A stretch of 64,000 bases of DNA from a virus. The translations under genes were made by a program, and so were the position numbers. The notes under the pieces were generated by a model, which ran no database searches, was not told the origin of the DNA, and worked only from the letters and a program-made list of their open reading frames with translations. Shown in pieces: positions 32,215-43,100 of this stretch (positions are counted from its first letter, which is position 1; each line of letters opens with the position of its first letter). The stretch is taken from positions 32,001 through 96,000 of the IMG/VR virus record IMGVR_UViG_3300017589_000061. One strand, 5' to 3'.

Positions 32215-34223
32215 TAATTGATTAAGTAAAAATAAATTAGTATAATAATAGTAAATAAAAATATTGTTTTAACACAGGAGGATTTATGAATCAAGAATGG
32301 TATAATCCAAATAATGTAACAGCAGATAACTTTAACGAAACTATGAGGGGATATGTAAAATATGCTTTAAGAGATGTAGAAGCAACTTTAAAAAATAAAG
32401 GTTTCAGTAATGAACAGATAGAAGATTTTAAAACTTCCTTTAGGGGTAGTTTAAATTGGTCAATAGATATGATGACAATGGAAGAAGCAAGAAAATATTA
32501 TAACAAATAAAAATAATTCAAAAGGGGGTGGAGTGGTAAATGAAAATTAGTGAAGCTAAAAAACTAAAAATAGGTGATGTTATTTATGAAAAAATACATG
32601 GTTATAAAATGACAATTGAATCTATAAAAGAAAGCAACTCGACTGGGGAAAATAAAATAATAATAGGATGCAGAACTAACGATAGTGGTTTATTATTTAT
32701 ATATGATCACAAAGAAGTTATAATAAAAAATTAGTTTTATTAGAAAGGAAATGTAAAAATGAGCAAAATATATGAATATCAAGGATATAAAATTCAAAAT
32801 TCACCTTATGGAAGTGAAGCGAGATGGTTTATATTTGATGAAAATATGGAACGAATAAAATTCATATCACCATGTAGAACATTAAAAGACGCTAAAAAAG
32901 AAATTGATGATATGATAAAAAGGAAATTTTAAGGGGTGATAAGATGGAACAAAAACATTTTAAAATTAATGTATTTATAGATTCAACAGATAGTAAAATG
33001 AATATTGAAGTGCTTAGAAATAAGTTTACGGAATGGACTAGACAAAATAATTTAACATTTTGTGGTTCATTTGGGGAGATTGAGGATGAACAAGAAAATA
33101 AAAATAATCAAATTTGTTTATATTGTAGCAACTCACTATCAACAGATGATGATAAATTATACTGCGTTGTAAGAGAAGAAATGGTAGAAGAAAATGAAGG
33201 TCAAGAATGTGGATGGCATAATATATAAAAATAAAACGGTCATTTTAAGGTAAAAATATTATGAATTTTAAAGGGAGAAATTTAGTATGGATACGAATAG
33301 TTTAAATAATTTAAAAAAGCGTACAGAAATAGGTTCAGTGTTTTTATCAAAAATTAAAAAATATGATAGGTGGATTGATGAAATTAAAGACCATGAAGTG
33401 ACAAGTGCTTGGATTGGAAGAGAGTTGGTTGATTTCGAAGAAAATTGTGCATCTTGTGGTATACAAGGTATTTGCACAGAAGAGGAAGCTAAAGAATTGT
33501 CTGAATTTATAACAAAATATTTGGTGGACAAGATTGAGAAAAAGAAAATTCAGCTTGAAGAGTCATTTAAAAATCTTTAGTAAATAAAAACAGCATTTTA
33601 ACTATATAAAAATAAGGAGAATGTAAAAATGAAGAATACTGAAGAAGTTTATTTAGTAAGATATGGTAAGACTTGGTTTACAGATGGTGAAATCGAGCAA
33701 CGTTATAAATTTAAAAATATAGATACATTATTAGAGACAATGAAAAGTTGTTTGTCCGATGGTGAATGGGTAGAAGATTTGAATGGTAATAAAATAGATA
33801 TAAAAATAGAATATGCTAAAAGATAAAAGTGATATTTTATCGCACAAATGATAAAAATAAACATTGAAATATCAACGATTATAGGAGGTAAAAATGCAAG
33901 AACTAATTAATTTGGGAGTAGCATATACTGTAGATGGTTACAATGAATCTAAAAAAGAATTAAAAAAGTTTGAGAAAAAATATAATATGAAATCAAAAAT
34001 ATTTTATGACAAAATTAATAGAGATATTTGCTCAATACGTATTCCAACAGAAGATGTTACTGATTGGATATTTAACTGTAATGTTTTTATATCATGTGGT
34101 GGAAAATTATGATGAGGTTATTTTGGAAGTGGTTATATAAATTAGAGTATCAACAAATTAAATTAAAAAAATATGTTGACAAGTTAATATAAAAATAGTA
34201 TAATGTAAAAAAGGAGTTATATT

Positions 34224-34496
34224 ATGGAAAATAAATTATTAAGTGATGTTGATTTTTTCAATGATATCAACGATGAAGAAAAATTTGATTTACAGTATCA
34301 AGGAATATTATGTGATGTTGCATGTCATATTATCAATTACAGACTAAAAAATAATATTACCCAAAAAGAATTTGCAGATAAAATAAAAATATCAAAACGC
34401 AAATTACTAAAAATTGAAAGGGCTGAATATGATATCAAATTAAATCTATTGTTTGAAATTTTAAATGAAATTAATATGGAAATAAAAATATATTAA
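34224..34496 (+). CDS. XRE-family HTH protein
   Basis: RLKNNITQKEFADKIKIS...KIE; SigA promoter TTGACA-17-TATAAT at 34176-34204. Confidence 0.75.
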   Translation: MENKLLSDVDFFNDINDEEKFDLQYQGILCDVACHIINYRLKNNITQKEFADKIKISKRKLLKIERAEYDIKLNLLFEILNEINMEIKIY

Positions 34497-35136
34497 ATGG
34501 AGAACGATATGAATAAAATAATATTTAAATTAGCAGAAAAATTAAGTTATGAATTAGATAAAATGGCGATGTACATAGTAAAAGATGGTGCTGAATACGA
34601 GAGCCATAAGACAATGTTTAGCGTATTGGATAAAGCGTCAACATGGATTTACACCACTGGATATAACAAATGTGTTATAGGGGCAAAATAAGGGTCAAGA
34701 ATATAAAAATAAATTAGGAGGTTAACAAGCAATGAGTATGATGATTCAGTCGAGAGCAAAGTGTCTGAGTGCAAATTTTAAAAGCGTATTAAAATACCTA
34801 GATCGGCAATATCCAAATTATGGGTTTGACGAAACTGAACAAGATATAGAAATGGGAATGACAAATATTGATGAAGAAATAGAGAATGCACATAAAACAC
34901 TAATGTTTTTAAAAGAAGCTAATAAAAATAATCAGAAGCAACGCACAGCAATAAATAGTTTTATAAAAATGTTAGTTAAAGAAAGTCAAATATACAGATA
35001 AAATTAAATTAAAATAAAAAAAGCTATCGACAAATTTCGATGGATAAAGGAGAAAATTATGTGTATAATAATAGTAAGTAGTCAATCCACTTTTAACAAT
35101 AGTGGATGAATACATAAATAAGAAGGAGGAATTAAT

Positions 35137-35547
35137 GTGTTAAATAAAGAAAACACAAATTACAAGCGTGGTTCAGTGGTATTAGTAAATTTAGGGGACA
35201 AAGATGGATCGATTCAGTATGGGATTCGACCGTGCGTGGTAATTTCTAACGATCTTAATAACAAATATTCAACTGTTTTAACAGTGGTACCATTGAGTAC
35301 ATCAAAATTTAAAAAGGAATTACCAACACACATATCTATTACAACTGATAATAGTGAAATTGAAAAAGATTCTATTGCTCTTTGTGAGCAACCTATGTTG
35401 ATAACGAAAGATAAAATCATAAAAGAATTATTTGAATTAGATAATACATTGATGATGCAAATCAATATTGGAGTTATGATACAGCTAGGGTTAATAAATA
35501 AAAATACATTAAAAGTAAATACATCAAAGATGGCTTTTGCTGTATAA
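35137..35547 (+). CDS. mazF: MazF/PemK-family endoribonuclease (no adjacent antitoxin)
   Basis: KRGSVVLVNLG..GSIQYGIRPCVVISND..NKYS...VVPLST...LPTH...DSIALCEQ. Confidence 0.9.
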   Translation: MLNKENTNYKRGSVVLVNLGDKDGSIQYGIRPCVVISNDLNNKYSTVLTVVPLSTSKFKKELPTHISITTDNSEIEKDSIALCEQPMLITKDKIIKELFELDNTLMMQINIGVMIQLGLINKNTLKVNTSKMAFAV

Positions 35548-35572
35548 GAATTAAATTAAAGGGAGACAACAA

Positions 35573-36262
35573 ATGAAGAGAAGAGAAATATTTTTAATGG
35601 TATCAGTAATATTACTAGGCGTAAATAGCGTAAAACTTGGTGATATTACTGATACTTATATAAATGATATAAAAATAATTGAATCAGAAAATACCAGACT
35701 ACAAGAAGAATTGCTTGTAGCAAATGATAAAATAGAAGAATATAAAAATATTACAGAATGTTTTGTTAATACTGATACTAAAAAAGGAAAATATATTTAC
35801 TATTCAATTGACAATTTAACTTGTGAACAACAAGAATATATTCAAAATCTTTGCTGGAGTAATGATATTAGTTATGAATATATTCTTGCCATTATGAAAG
35901 CTGAATCGAACTATCAAATTGATGCAATTAGTTATGACGGAAGTAGCATGGGTATAATGCAAATACAAGAAAAATATGCTTCATCTTGGGCAAGTGTAAT
36001 TGGATTAGAAAATTATGATTTGTTTAATTTTGAAGATAATATTCAACTTGGGATTGCCGTTATTGTAACTTATAGAACTTATTGGCAAGAACAAGGGATT
36101 ACAGATCAGGAGAGTTTATTCATATATATTACAAATTCCTACAACTGTGGCATTGAAGGGTTTAAATTATACATAGAACGAAATGGAAATATTAATCGTA
36201 GTTATAGTAATGTGGTATTAAATTATAAAACACAATTAGAAACAACTAATAAATTATATTAA
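35573..36262 (+). CDS. SLT-domain lytic transglycosylase with N-terminal signal/anchor
   Basis: AIMKAESNY, GIMQI, SYNCG. Confidence 0.85.
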   Translation: MKRREIFLMVSVILLGVNSVKLGDITDTYINDIKIIESENTRLQEELLVANDKIEEYKNITECFVNTDTKKGKYIYYSIDNLTCEQQEYIQNLCWSNDISYEYILAIMKAESNYQIDAISYDGSSMGIMQIQEKYASSWASVIGLENYDLFNFEDNIQLGIAVIVTYRTYWQEQGITDQESLFIYITNSYNCGIEGFKLYIERNGNINRSYSNVVLNYKTQLETTNKLY

Positions 36263-36269
36263 AAAAGTA

Positions 36270-36298
36270 TTGACAAAAACGAATAAATAGAATATAAT
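36270..36298 (+). promoter_or_regulatory. SigA promoter of recombinase gene
   Basis: TTGACA-17-TATAAT. Confidence 0.75.
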
Positions 36299-36344
36299 AA
36301 CATATAATAGAAATATAAAAATAAATCCAATAGGAGGAATAAAA

Positions 36345-37298
36345 ATGATAAATTTAGAATTAATTCAAGAAGAGAATATGACATTAATAGAAAATTATAT
36401 AGGTGGAAAAAGAAGATCAAATACTAAAGAGAGTTATAAATCGGATTTAAAGGTTTTTTCCCAAGAAATAAAAAAATCACTATTAAACGTTAACATTGAT
36501 GATATAAATTATTATTTTTATACTGTATTAGCTGATTACTCGCCAAGTAGTAAAAATCGTAAATTATCTAGCATAAGGGATTTTTATGAAGATTTATTAT
36601 ATAGAGATATGTATAATGATGAACATAATAAACCTCGTAGAAATCCAGTTGGTAGAATGGAAGTATTTAAAGTTGATAAAAAAGAAGAAATCAAAGCTTT
36701 AACCAACGAACAAGCTAAACAGTTTTTTAAAGAAATAAAAAGAAATATAAAAATCGCTGAATCGGATTTTCAAAAAAAACTCCATGTTAGAAATTTAGCT
36801 ATGGCTCATATTTTAATCAATACAGGATTAAGAGTAGAAGAATTAACAACATTAAACTTCAATGAACTTCAATTAGAAGATAAATATATAGTATTAACAG
36901 CAAATAAAACTAAAAGCCAAAAATCAAGATATTTAGATTTAGGAGATACTACAATTGAATATATAAATAATTATCTTGAAATTAGAGATGAATTTAAGCC
37001 AACAGAAAAAGACAAGAAGTATATTTTTCTTAGTGGGCGAGGTAAAAAAATGTCAACTAATTCAGTAAATGAATTTTTAAAAAAATATGCCGAAGCTGAA
37101 TCATGCAAAATAGATAATATACATGCACATCTTTTCCGTGATACATTTGGTACGAATTATTATAAAAAGAACAAAGATATCAAGGGTTTGAAAAACAAGC
37201 TTGGTCATTCGAGTATAACTACCACAGAAATCTATATTAATATTATAGATAAAGCAGGTGATGGAACAATGACTAATTTATCAACTGCTAATTATTAA
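36345..37298 (+). CDS. Tyrosine recombinase (Xer-like), catalytic residues intact
   Basis: TGLRVEE, KTKS, HLFR, LGHSSITTTEIY. Confidence 0.93.
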   Translation: MINLELIQEENMTLIENYIGGKRRSNTKESYKSDLKVFSQEIKKSLLNVNIDDINYYFYTVLADYSPSSKNRKLSSIRDFYEDLLYRDMYNDEHNKPRRNPVGRMEVFKVDKKEEIKALTNEQAKQFFKEIKRNIKIAESDFQKKLHVRNLAMAHILINTGLRVEELTTLNFNELQLEDKYIVLTANKTKSQKSRYLDLGDTTIEYINNYLEIRDEFKPTEKDKKYIFLSGRGKKMSTNSVNEFLKKYAEAESCKIDNIHAHLFRDTFGTNYYKKNKDIKGLKNKLGHSSITTTEIYINIIDKAGDGTMTNLSTANY

Positions 37299-37458
37299 AT
37301 CTATAATCGACATAATCCGACAAGACATATTAATTATAATATAAAAATAAAATAAAAAATACATTCTTTCTTGACAAAATACATAATATATAATAGAATA
37401 AAAACAATGGATAACCATGTAGAGTTGTATATTATGTATATAAAAATAGAAAAGGAGA

Positions 37459-38796
37459 ATGTATTTTATGAAAGTTGAACCGAGTATTTTAAAAGATAGA
37501 ATTGACGAGATATTAATAGAATTAAATCAAAATGGTCAAATAAAAAGGTTGTTGGATAGTAATTTACTAGACGAATATATGAATGGTTCGTTGCTAACCA
37601 AAACATTAAATCAAAATCTACCTTTAAACAATAGGTCGATATCAGAATTATATCATATAAGTCGTTTAATTAATACTTTACAACCAAAAATCAAAGTTGA
37701 CGAATATTTTACGGATGATGAAATAACACAAGCCATTAATAATAAAAATAATATAAAAATAGAGAGTAATCCTTTGATAAAACTTAAAGATGTTTTATAT
37801 TCTAAAAACAACAATGAAGAAACTTGGATGACTATGGTTACTTATAAAGAAATTAATGAATGGATGAAAACAGGAAAGCTAGGCTATAACATGGAAACAC
37901 AAAGAGTTGGGAAGATGCGTAAAATTGGTCACAAGATGTTTGTTGTCCCACATATAAATGATAATTCAGTAGAAGATATCAAAGATGCTCTAGTGAAGAA
38001 TGAATTTTATTCTAATATGATTTCATTCAATATTACACCAGATTACAATAAAAAGTTAGAATACAATCCAGTAGAAAAAACTTTAACTATTGACACAGCA
38101 ATCTTTGATGTGGATGTTATTGACGGGTATCATAGATGTTCAGGTATTGTTAAGGCTTTTGAAGTTGATTCAAATTTGGAGGGTGAATTATATTTAAAAG
38201 TTACTAACATGAGTATCGAGAAAGCTCAAAAGTTTATTAGACAAGAATCTAAAAGTAATATTCAAAATCAAGATGCTTTAGAAAAATATAATCCAAAAAA
38301 TAAGATTACAAGATTTGTTAAAAATATAAACGAAATGGGTTCTGAAGAAAGTAATGCGTTATATAGAAAAATAGACATGGGAGTAAATACTCGTAATACT
38401 TGGATAATGTTTGAAACTTTTAAAGAAGGATTAGATTTATCTGGGTTTTTAAGAGAAATTAATTACACTGATGATAGAACAAAACTTAAAAATATGGAAA
38501 TTTTTATTGTAACTTTCTTTGATAATTTTTATAAAATCGCAAATGACTATAAATTAAATGATAAGAAACGAGAAGAATTAACTGATCCTACGTTTATTAA
38601 AGGTTTGATAGTCACTTGTTATAAGTTTTATAAAAGTGGGAAAGGAATTGATATAAATTTGATATCAGCAATGGAAGTGTTTATAAAAAAATTCAAAACA
38701 ACTACAACAAAATATACCTACGAAAAAACTCTAAAAACTAAAGAAGAAACGAAATATATCAATAAGTTTAAGAGGTTATTGGAGGTGGAAAACTAA
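37459..38796 (+). CDS. DGQHR/DndB-like (ParB-fold) protein
   Basis: YNMETQR, VIDGYHR; position matches SPbeta yopQ. Confidence 0.7.
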   Translation: MYFMKVEPSILKDRIDEILIELNQNGQIKRLLDSNLLDEYMNGSLLTKTLNQNLPLNNRSISELYHISRLINTLQPKIKVDEYFTDDEITQAINNKNNIKIESNPLIKLKDVLYSKNNNEETWMTMVTYKEINEWMKTGKLGYNMETQRVGKMRKIGHKMFVVPHINDNSVEDIKDALVKNEFYSNMISFNITPDYNKKLEYNPVEKTLTIDTAIFDVDVIDGYHRCSGIVKAFEVDSNLEGELYLKVTNMSIEKAQKFIRQESKSNIQNQDALEKYNPKNKITRFVKNINEMGSEESNALYRKIDMGVNTRNTWIMFETFKEGLDLSGFLREINYTDDRTKLKNMEIFIVTFFDNFYKIANDYKLNDKKREELTDPTFIKGLIVTCYKFYKSGKGIDINLISAMEVFIKKFKTTTTKYTYEKTLKTKEETKYINKFKRLLEVEN

Positions 38797-39774
38797 ATGA
38801 TTATTGATAAAGAAAAGAAAAACGAATATTTAGAGAGTATTAAAACACGAAATGAAGAAAAAACTTATGAGTTATATAGTAAATTGATATCTAAACTAGC
38901 CGAGTATGAAGAATATAAAGGAATTCATGCAATCAATATGACTAAATTAGATTTTATGGAGTTTTTAACTATGATGAATTCCTCTAGTCTTAGTGTTCTA
39001 TACACTTATAAAAGTGCGATTAATAGTTATTTGATATTTGCAACTGATAAACAGAATTTCACACTTGGTTTATTAGAATTAGATAAAATTAATCAAGATG
39101 ATTTATTGGAGTGTCTTAATAAAAAAGCTGAATTAATGCAGTTTATAACCGAAAGTGAATATTATGAGATATTAATGAAAGTAGATGATAATGGTAAACT
39201 TATCGGAAATTATCAAGATAAATTAGTAATTATTCTTTTGTGGAATAAGATTAAAGGCGAGACACAATTTAGCGATTTATTAAATTTAAAAGTATCGAAT
39301 GTAGATTTTCAAAATAAAGCAATAAATTTAAAAAATAAAATAATACAATTATCAGATGTCGAATTTGATATTATGAAAAAAGCAATAAATGAACAAACTT
39401 ATATTAGAACCACAATGACTAAAAAGGGATTAGTTAATGAAACTCCAGTTGATATCTTAGAAGGTGATTATCTTGTAAAAGCTACAATTGGATCAACTAA
39501 TAAAGATGTAGATAATAATAGGTGTACGTATGGTACTTTTGCTAATAGAATGAGTAAATATTATACTATCGTTTTACAAAGAAGTGGATTAACAAATCAA
39601 AGAATTTATAAAAGTAGTGTTTATTATCATATGTTAAAAGAATACGGAAGAAAACTTAGCCTGGGTGAATTAATGGAGTATCTAAAATTACATGGTGAAA
39701 AAGTTTCATTGTCTAACACTTACAGAGAACAAGAAATTATGTTTAAGAAAATGATGGATCAGGGCGAAATTTAG
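38797..39774 (+). CDS. Catalytically degenerate tyrosine-recombinase-fold protein, MrpR/YopR-like repressor candidate
   Basis: SAM-like N-domain; DKLVIILLWNKIKG...DLLNLKVSNVDF lacks the GxR, HxxR and LGH motifs; synteny with SPbeta yopR. Confidence 0.6.
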   Translation: MIIDKEKKNEYLESIKTRNEEKTYELYSKLISKLAEYEEYKGIHAINMTKLDFMEFLTMMNSSSLSVLYTYKSAINSYLIFATDKQNFTLGLLELDKINQDDLLECLNKKAELMQFITESEYYEILMKVDDNGKLIGNYQDKLVIILLWNKIKGETQFSDLLNLKVSNVDFQNKAINLKNKIIQLSDVEFDIMKKAINEQTYIRTTMTKKGLVNETPVDILEGDYLVKATIGSTNKDVDNNRCTYGTFANRMSKYYTIVLQRSGLTNQRIYKSSVYYHMLKEYGRKLSLGELMEYLKLHGEKVSLSNTYREQEIMFKKMMDQGEI

Positions 39775-39882
39775 CCTTGACCTATACATATAAAATTATA
39801 TTAAAAATAAATAAAATAGTTGTTGACAAATTGTGGAATAAGGAATATACTATTATTATCAAAGAGAAAAGGAGAAATTAAT

Positions 39883-40134
39883 ATGAAACATGATGAAATG
39901 GAAATGAGGATTTTAGAGGTAGCAAACTACATGTTAAGAACCGAAGGTACAATAAGACAGACTGCAAATTATTTTAAAATGAGCAAGAGTACAGTACATA
40001 AAGATTTGCACAGGTTAAGAAATGTGAACTATACTAAGTATGGCGAAGTTAAAAAGATTTTAGATACCAATTGGGAAGAAAAATATATCCGTGGTGGACT
40101 TGCCACAAAACGAAAATATGCTATAATACAATAA
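39883..40134 (+). CDS. spoIIID: Sporulation transcription factor SpoIIID homolog
   Basis: RILEVANY...TIRQTA..F.MSKSTVHKDL..L...V..IL..N......RGGLATKRKY; promoter TTGACA-17-TATACT at 39823-39851. Confidence 0.92.
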   Translation: MKHDEMEMRILEVANYMLRTEGTIRQTANYFKMSKSTVHKDLHRLRNVNYTKYGEVKKILDTNWEEKYIRGGLATKRKYAIIQ

Positions 40135-43100
40135 GAGGTGACATGATGAAAATGTGCATAATGTGTTTGGAAAAATTAGCTGAAGATTATTCAGATTATT
40201 GTAAAGAGTGTGAAGAAATATTAGAAGAAGAAATACATAAGGAAATAAAAAGTTAATTTTAATAGAAAGGAAAATCAAATGAATAAAGATATAGAAAAGA
40301 ATATGAATAATACAATAAAACGTATTGATGAGAGTATAGATTATTACGATAAAAAATGGGATATTAAATTTAATAAAATGGGGAAAACTTTAAAAGATAC
40401 ATCTAAAATAATAAAAAGTATTAATATAATTTTAATTATAACATTTGTAATAATTATAGGATTAATGATTTTTTATAATAAAAAATTACTTTTATTATAA
40501 AGATTAAATTAAAAAGGAGAATGAATATGTTGATTAGGAGTCAAGATAAAGAAATAATTATCAACTTAGATAGAATAACAGCTATTGCTAAAAGTAAAGA
40601 TAATAATATTATTGTAACCGAAAGTCCGATGGCAAGATTAAATGAAATGTTGTCAATTGGGAAATATTCTACTAAAGAAAAAGCATTAAAGGTTTTAGAT
40701 ATGATAGACGAATTTCACTATCAGTTTATTAATTCACAAAATCCTAAAAGCACAACGGTGACATATACAGTATTTCAAATGCCACAAGAAAATCAAGTGT
40801 AATAAAAGATATTATTTATCGGAAAGGGGATTAAGATGAAAGTATTAAAAAGAATATGGAATTTTGATAAACAAGATATGAAACATATGAAATGGTTGTT
40901 TAAGCAGTTATTTAAACATTTTTTCATAGGAGTATTCATTGGGAACATGGACGAATTTGTTGATACTTGGTTTTGGATCAAAATACATTGCTGTTATGAC
41001 AGTAAGAAAATAAATTAAAGTAGGTGCAAAAGTGGAAGATTTGTTAAGAAGAACAATTAAACAATCAGTTCCGACACATGCCGTTAAATTTATTATTGCA
41101 AATATAACATGTTTCTTTTTAGTAATAATCGGAACATTTTTATTAGTAGTAAGAGAGTACAATATAAACAATGTTATCCGAGCAGATTTCTTTGCTACTG
41201 GATTAATGATGGCTTTAGGAAACATGGTGTTAATAATCACAGGGATAGCGAGTATTCGTGATTATAAAAAGACTATATTAGGATGTTTAGATGATATTAA
41301 AGAAGCTGATGAATACTGTGAAAATGTGATTAAAGAAACAGAAAATAAGAGGGGTTAAAATGGATTACGCAGATAAGTTGGATTTTATGGATGATGATTG
41401 TGATATACAAGGCTTTCCAATTGAAGATGAAGGAGAGAAAATGAATAGTACAGAAAAAGCAAATTTATATAATGAAACTTTAAAAAAGATAGAGGATTTG
41501 TTAATAGAAACAGATTCTAAATTAGGTGATATGCAATCGTTAGAAATATTATCTTCTATAGTTAGAGATTATGATTTAATAACAGCAAGTAATTTAATTA
41601 AAATGAATTGTGATCCATACCTTACTAAATCAATATTAGAGGATAGAATGTATGGCGAAGGAAATGAAGAAGCAGGATTCATATCATTAACATCTTTACT
41701 TGAATCAGTTGAAGAAATAATAAATTGTGATGATAGTGATATGGGTGAAGTTAAATTTCAATATCTTGTCCGACCTGAAACATCAGAAGAAGCAGAAGAA
41801 AATGAGCATGATGAATCTGATGCTACATGGTATATAAAAGATGAAAATATTGATATTGAAAAGTTAAATATTCAATTTGAATTTGAATAAAATTAGGAAT
41901 TTATAAGGAGAGATAAAATGAAAGAAGTTAAATTATATGTTGAAGATAATGGTTATAGAGATTACGAAGATACGGATACATTACTAGACCAATTAAAAAA
42001 GGAATATGATAAACCAAGACCTGTAGTTTTACAATTATATGATAATGAGGGACAAATAATTATTGGTAGATGCACTTGTGTAATTGGAACATTAAAAAAT
42101 GGTTCTTTTCTTTTAACTGGCAATATTGATGATATTCTCTGTGAAAAGTAATAAAACTAGGGTTTTATGAGAATTATAACGTTGAAATTTCAACGATTTA
42201 AGGAGAGTGAAAATGGATATATTAGAAAGTAAAGACGTAATTACAAAAAAAGAACATAATTGTTTTGGTTGTGGGAGAAAATTCCCAAAAGGATCAAAGT
42301 TAAATTTCACAAAATCAGTCGATGGTGGAGAATTTGCAAGTGCTTATTGGTGTAAAACTTGTCAAGAATATTGGGAAAAAAATATGTCATATGACGATGA
42401 AATAGGCTATGGGGAATTAAAATCAGAAGATTTTAGAGTATGGGAAATAATCAGAAAGGAAGTTGAAGTAAATGAATAAATTCGAACACTTCACAGATGA
42501 TGAATTATACATATTGAAACGTCAAGCAATAGAATCATCTTGGGAAATTTGTGGATGTGGAGCATATAACGAATTTGAAGTTAGATTACATGAAAAGTTA
42601 ATGAATGAAATTGCAGATGAAGTTAAAACGAGAGGGTGTTAGAATGTTAAAAGTAAAAGATTCAGTAGGTGGAATTTACAAGAGAACTAAAGATGGGAAA
42701 GAAGAATGGTATCTACTTGAAGATACAATTAACAAAATTGTTGAAAATGGGAAAGGTAGAAAATATTATACAAAGTCAAAATTTGTTCCTTTAGACGCAG
42801 ATGATATTGACGATAATACAGAAATTTTGGAAAATGCCAAAGGATATATTATTACAAGAGAAGTATTCGGGTTGAATGATATTACTCGACCTAAAGCGGA
42901 AAATTGGGTTGAATGGGCGAATGAAAATATGGATAAAGCAGTAAGTGTTTTTGAATAGGGTGATAAATTCGTTGTTTTATTAGAAGCATGATGTTGAAAT
43001 TACAACGTTTATGGGAGGTGAAAAAATGAAAAATAAAGATAATACAATATATAAAGTATACATAATTGAAAACGTCACAATTTTAATTTTAGCAGGGTTT

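Larger units (their letters stand above)
17696..35001 (+). other. Early-type array of ~55 short co-oriented hypothetical ORFs
   Basis: Most have strong AGGAG/GGAGG RBS (e.g. 17696, 18955, 20256, 20603, 21502, 22583, 23479, 24494, 24996, 25995, 27297, 27696, 30521, 30924, 31813, 32944, 33287, 34732); several further <60-aa ORFs with RBS are absent from the track. Confidence 0.75.

Noticed and set aside
18500-37450. ATAAAAAT runs before many RBSs as a separate regulatory motif
   Set aside because: Very frequent, but cannot be distinguished by eye from A-rich translational enhancers; needs statistics.
34700-40200. Arbitrium aimR/aimP locus
   Set aside because: No TPR-repeat regulator or secreted-peptide gene recognisable in this window.
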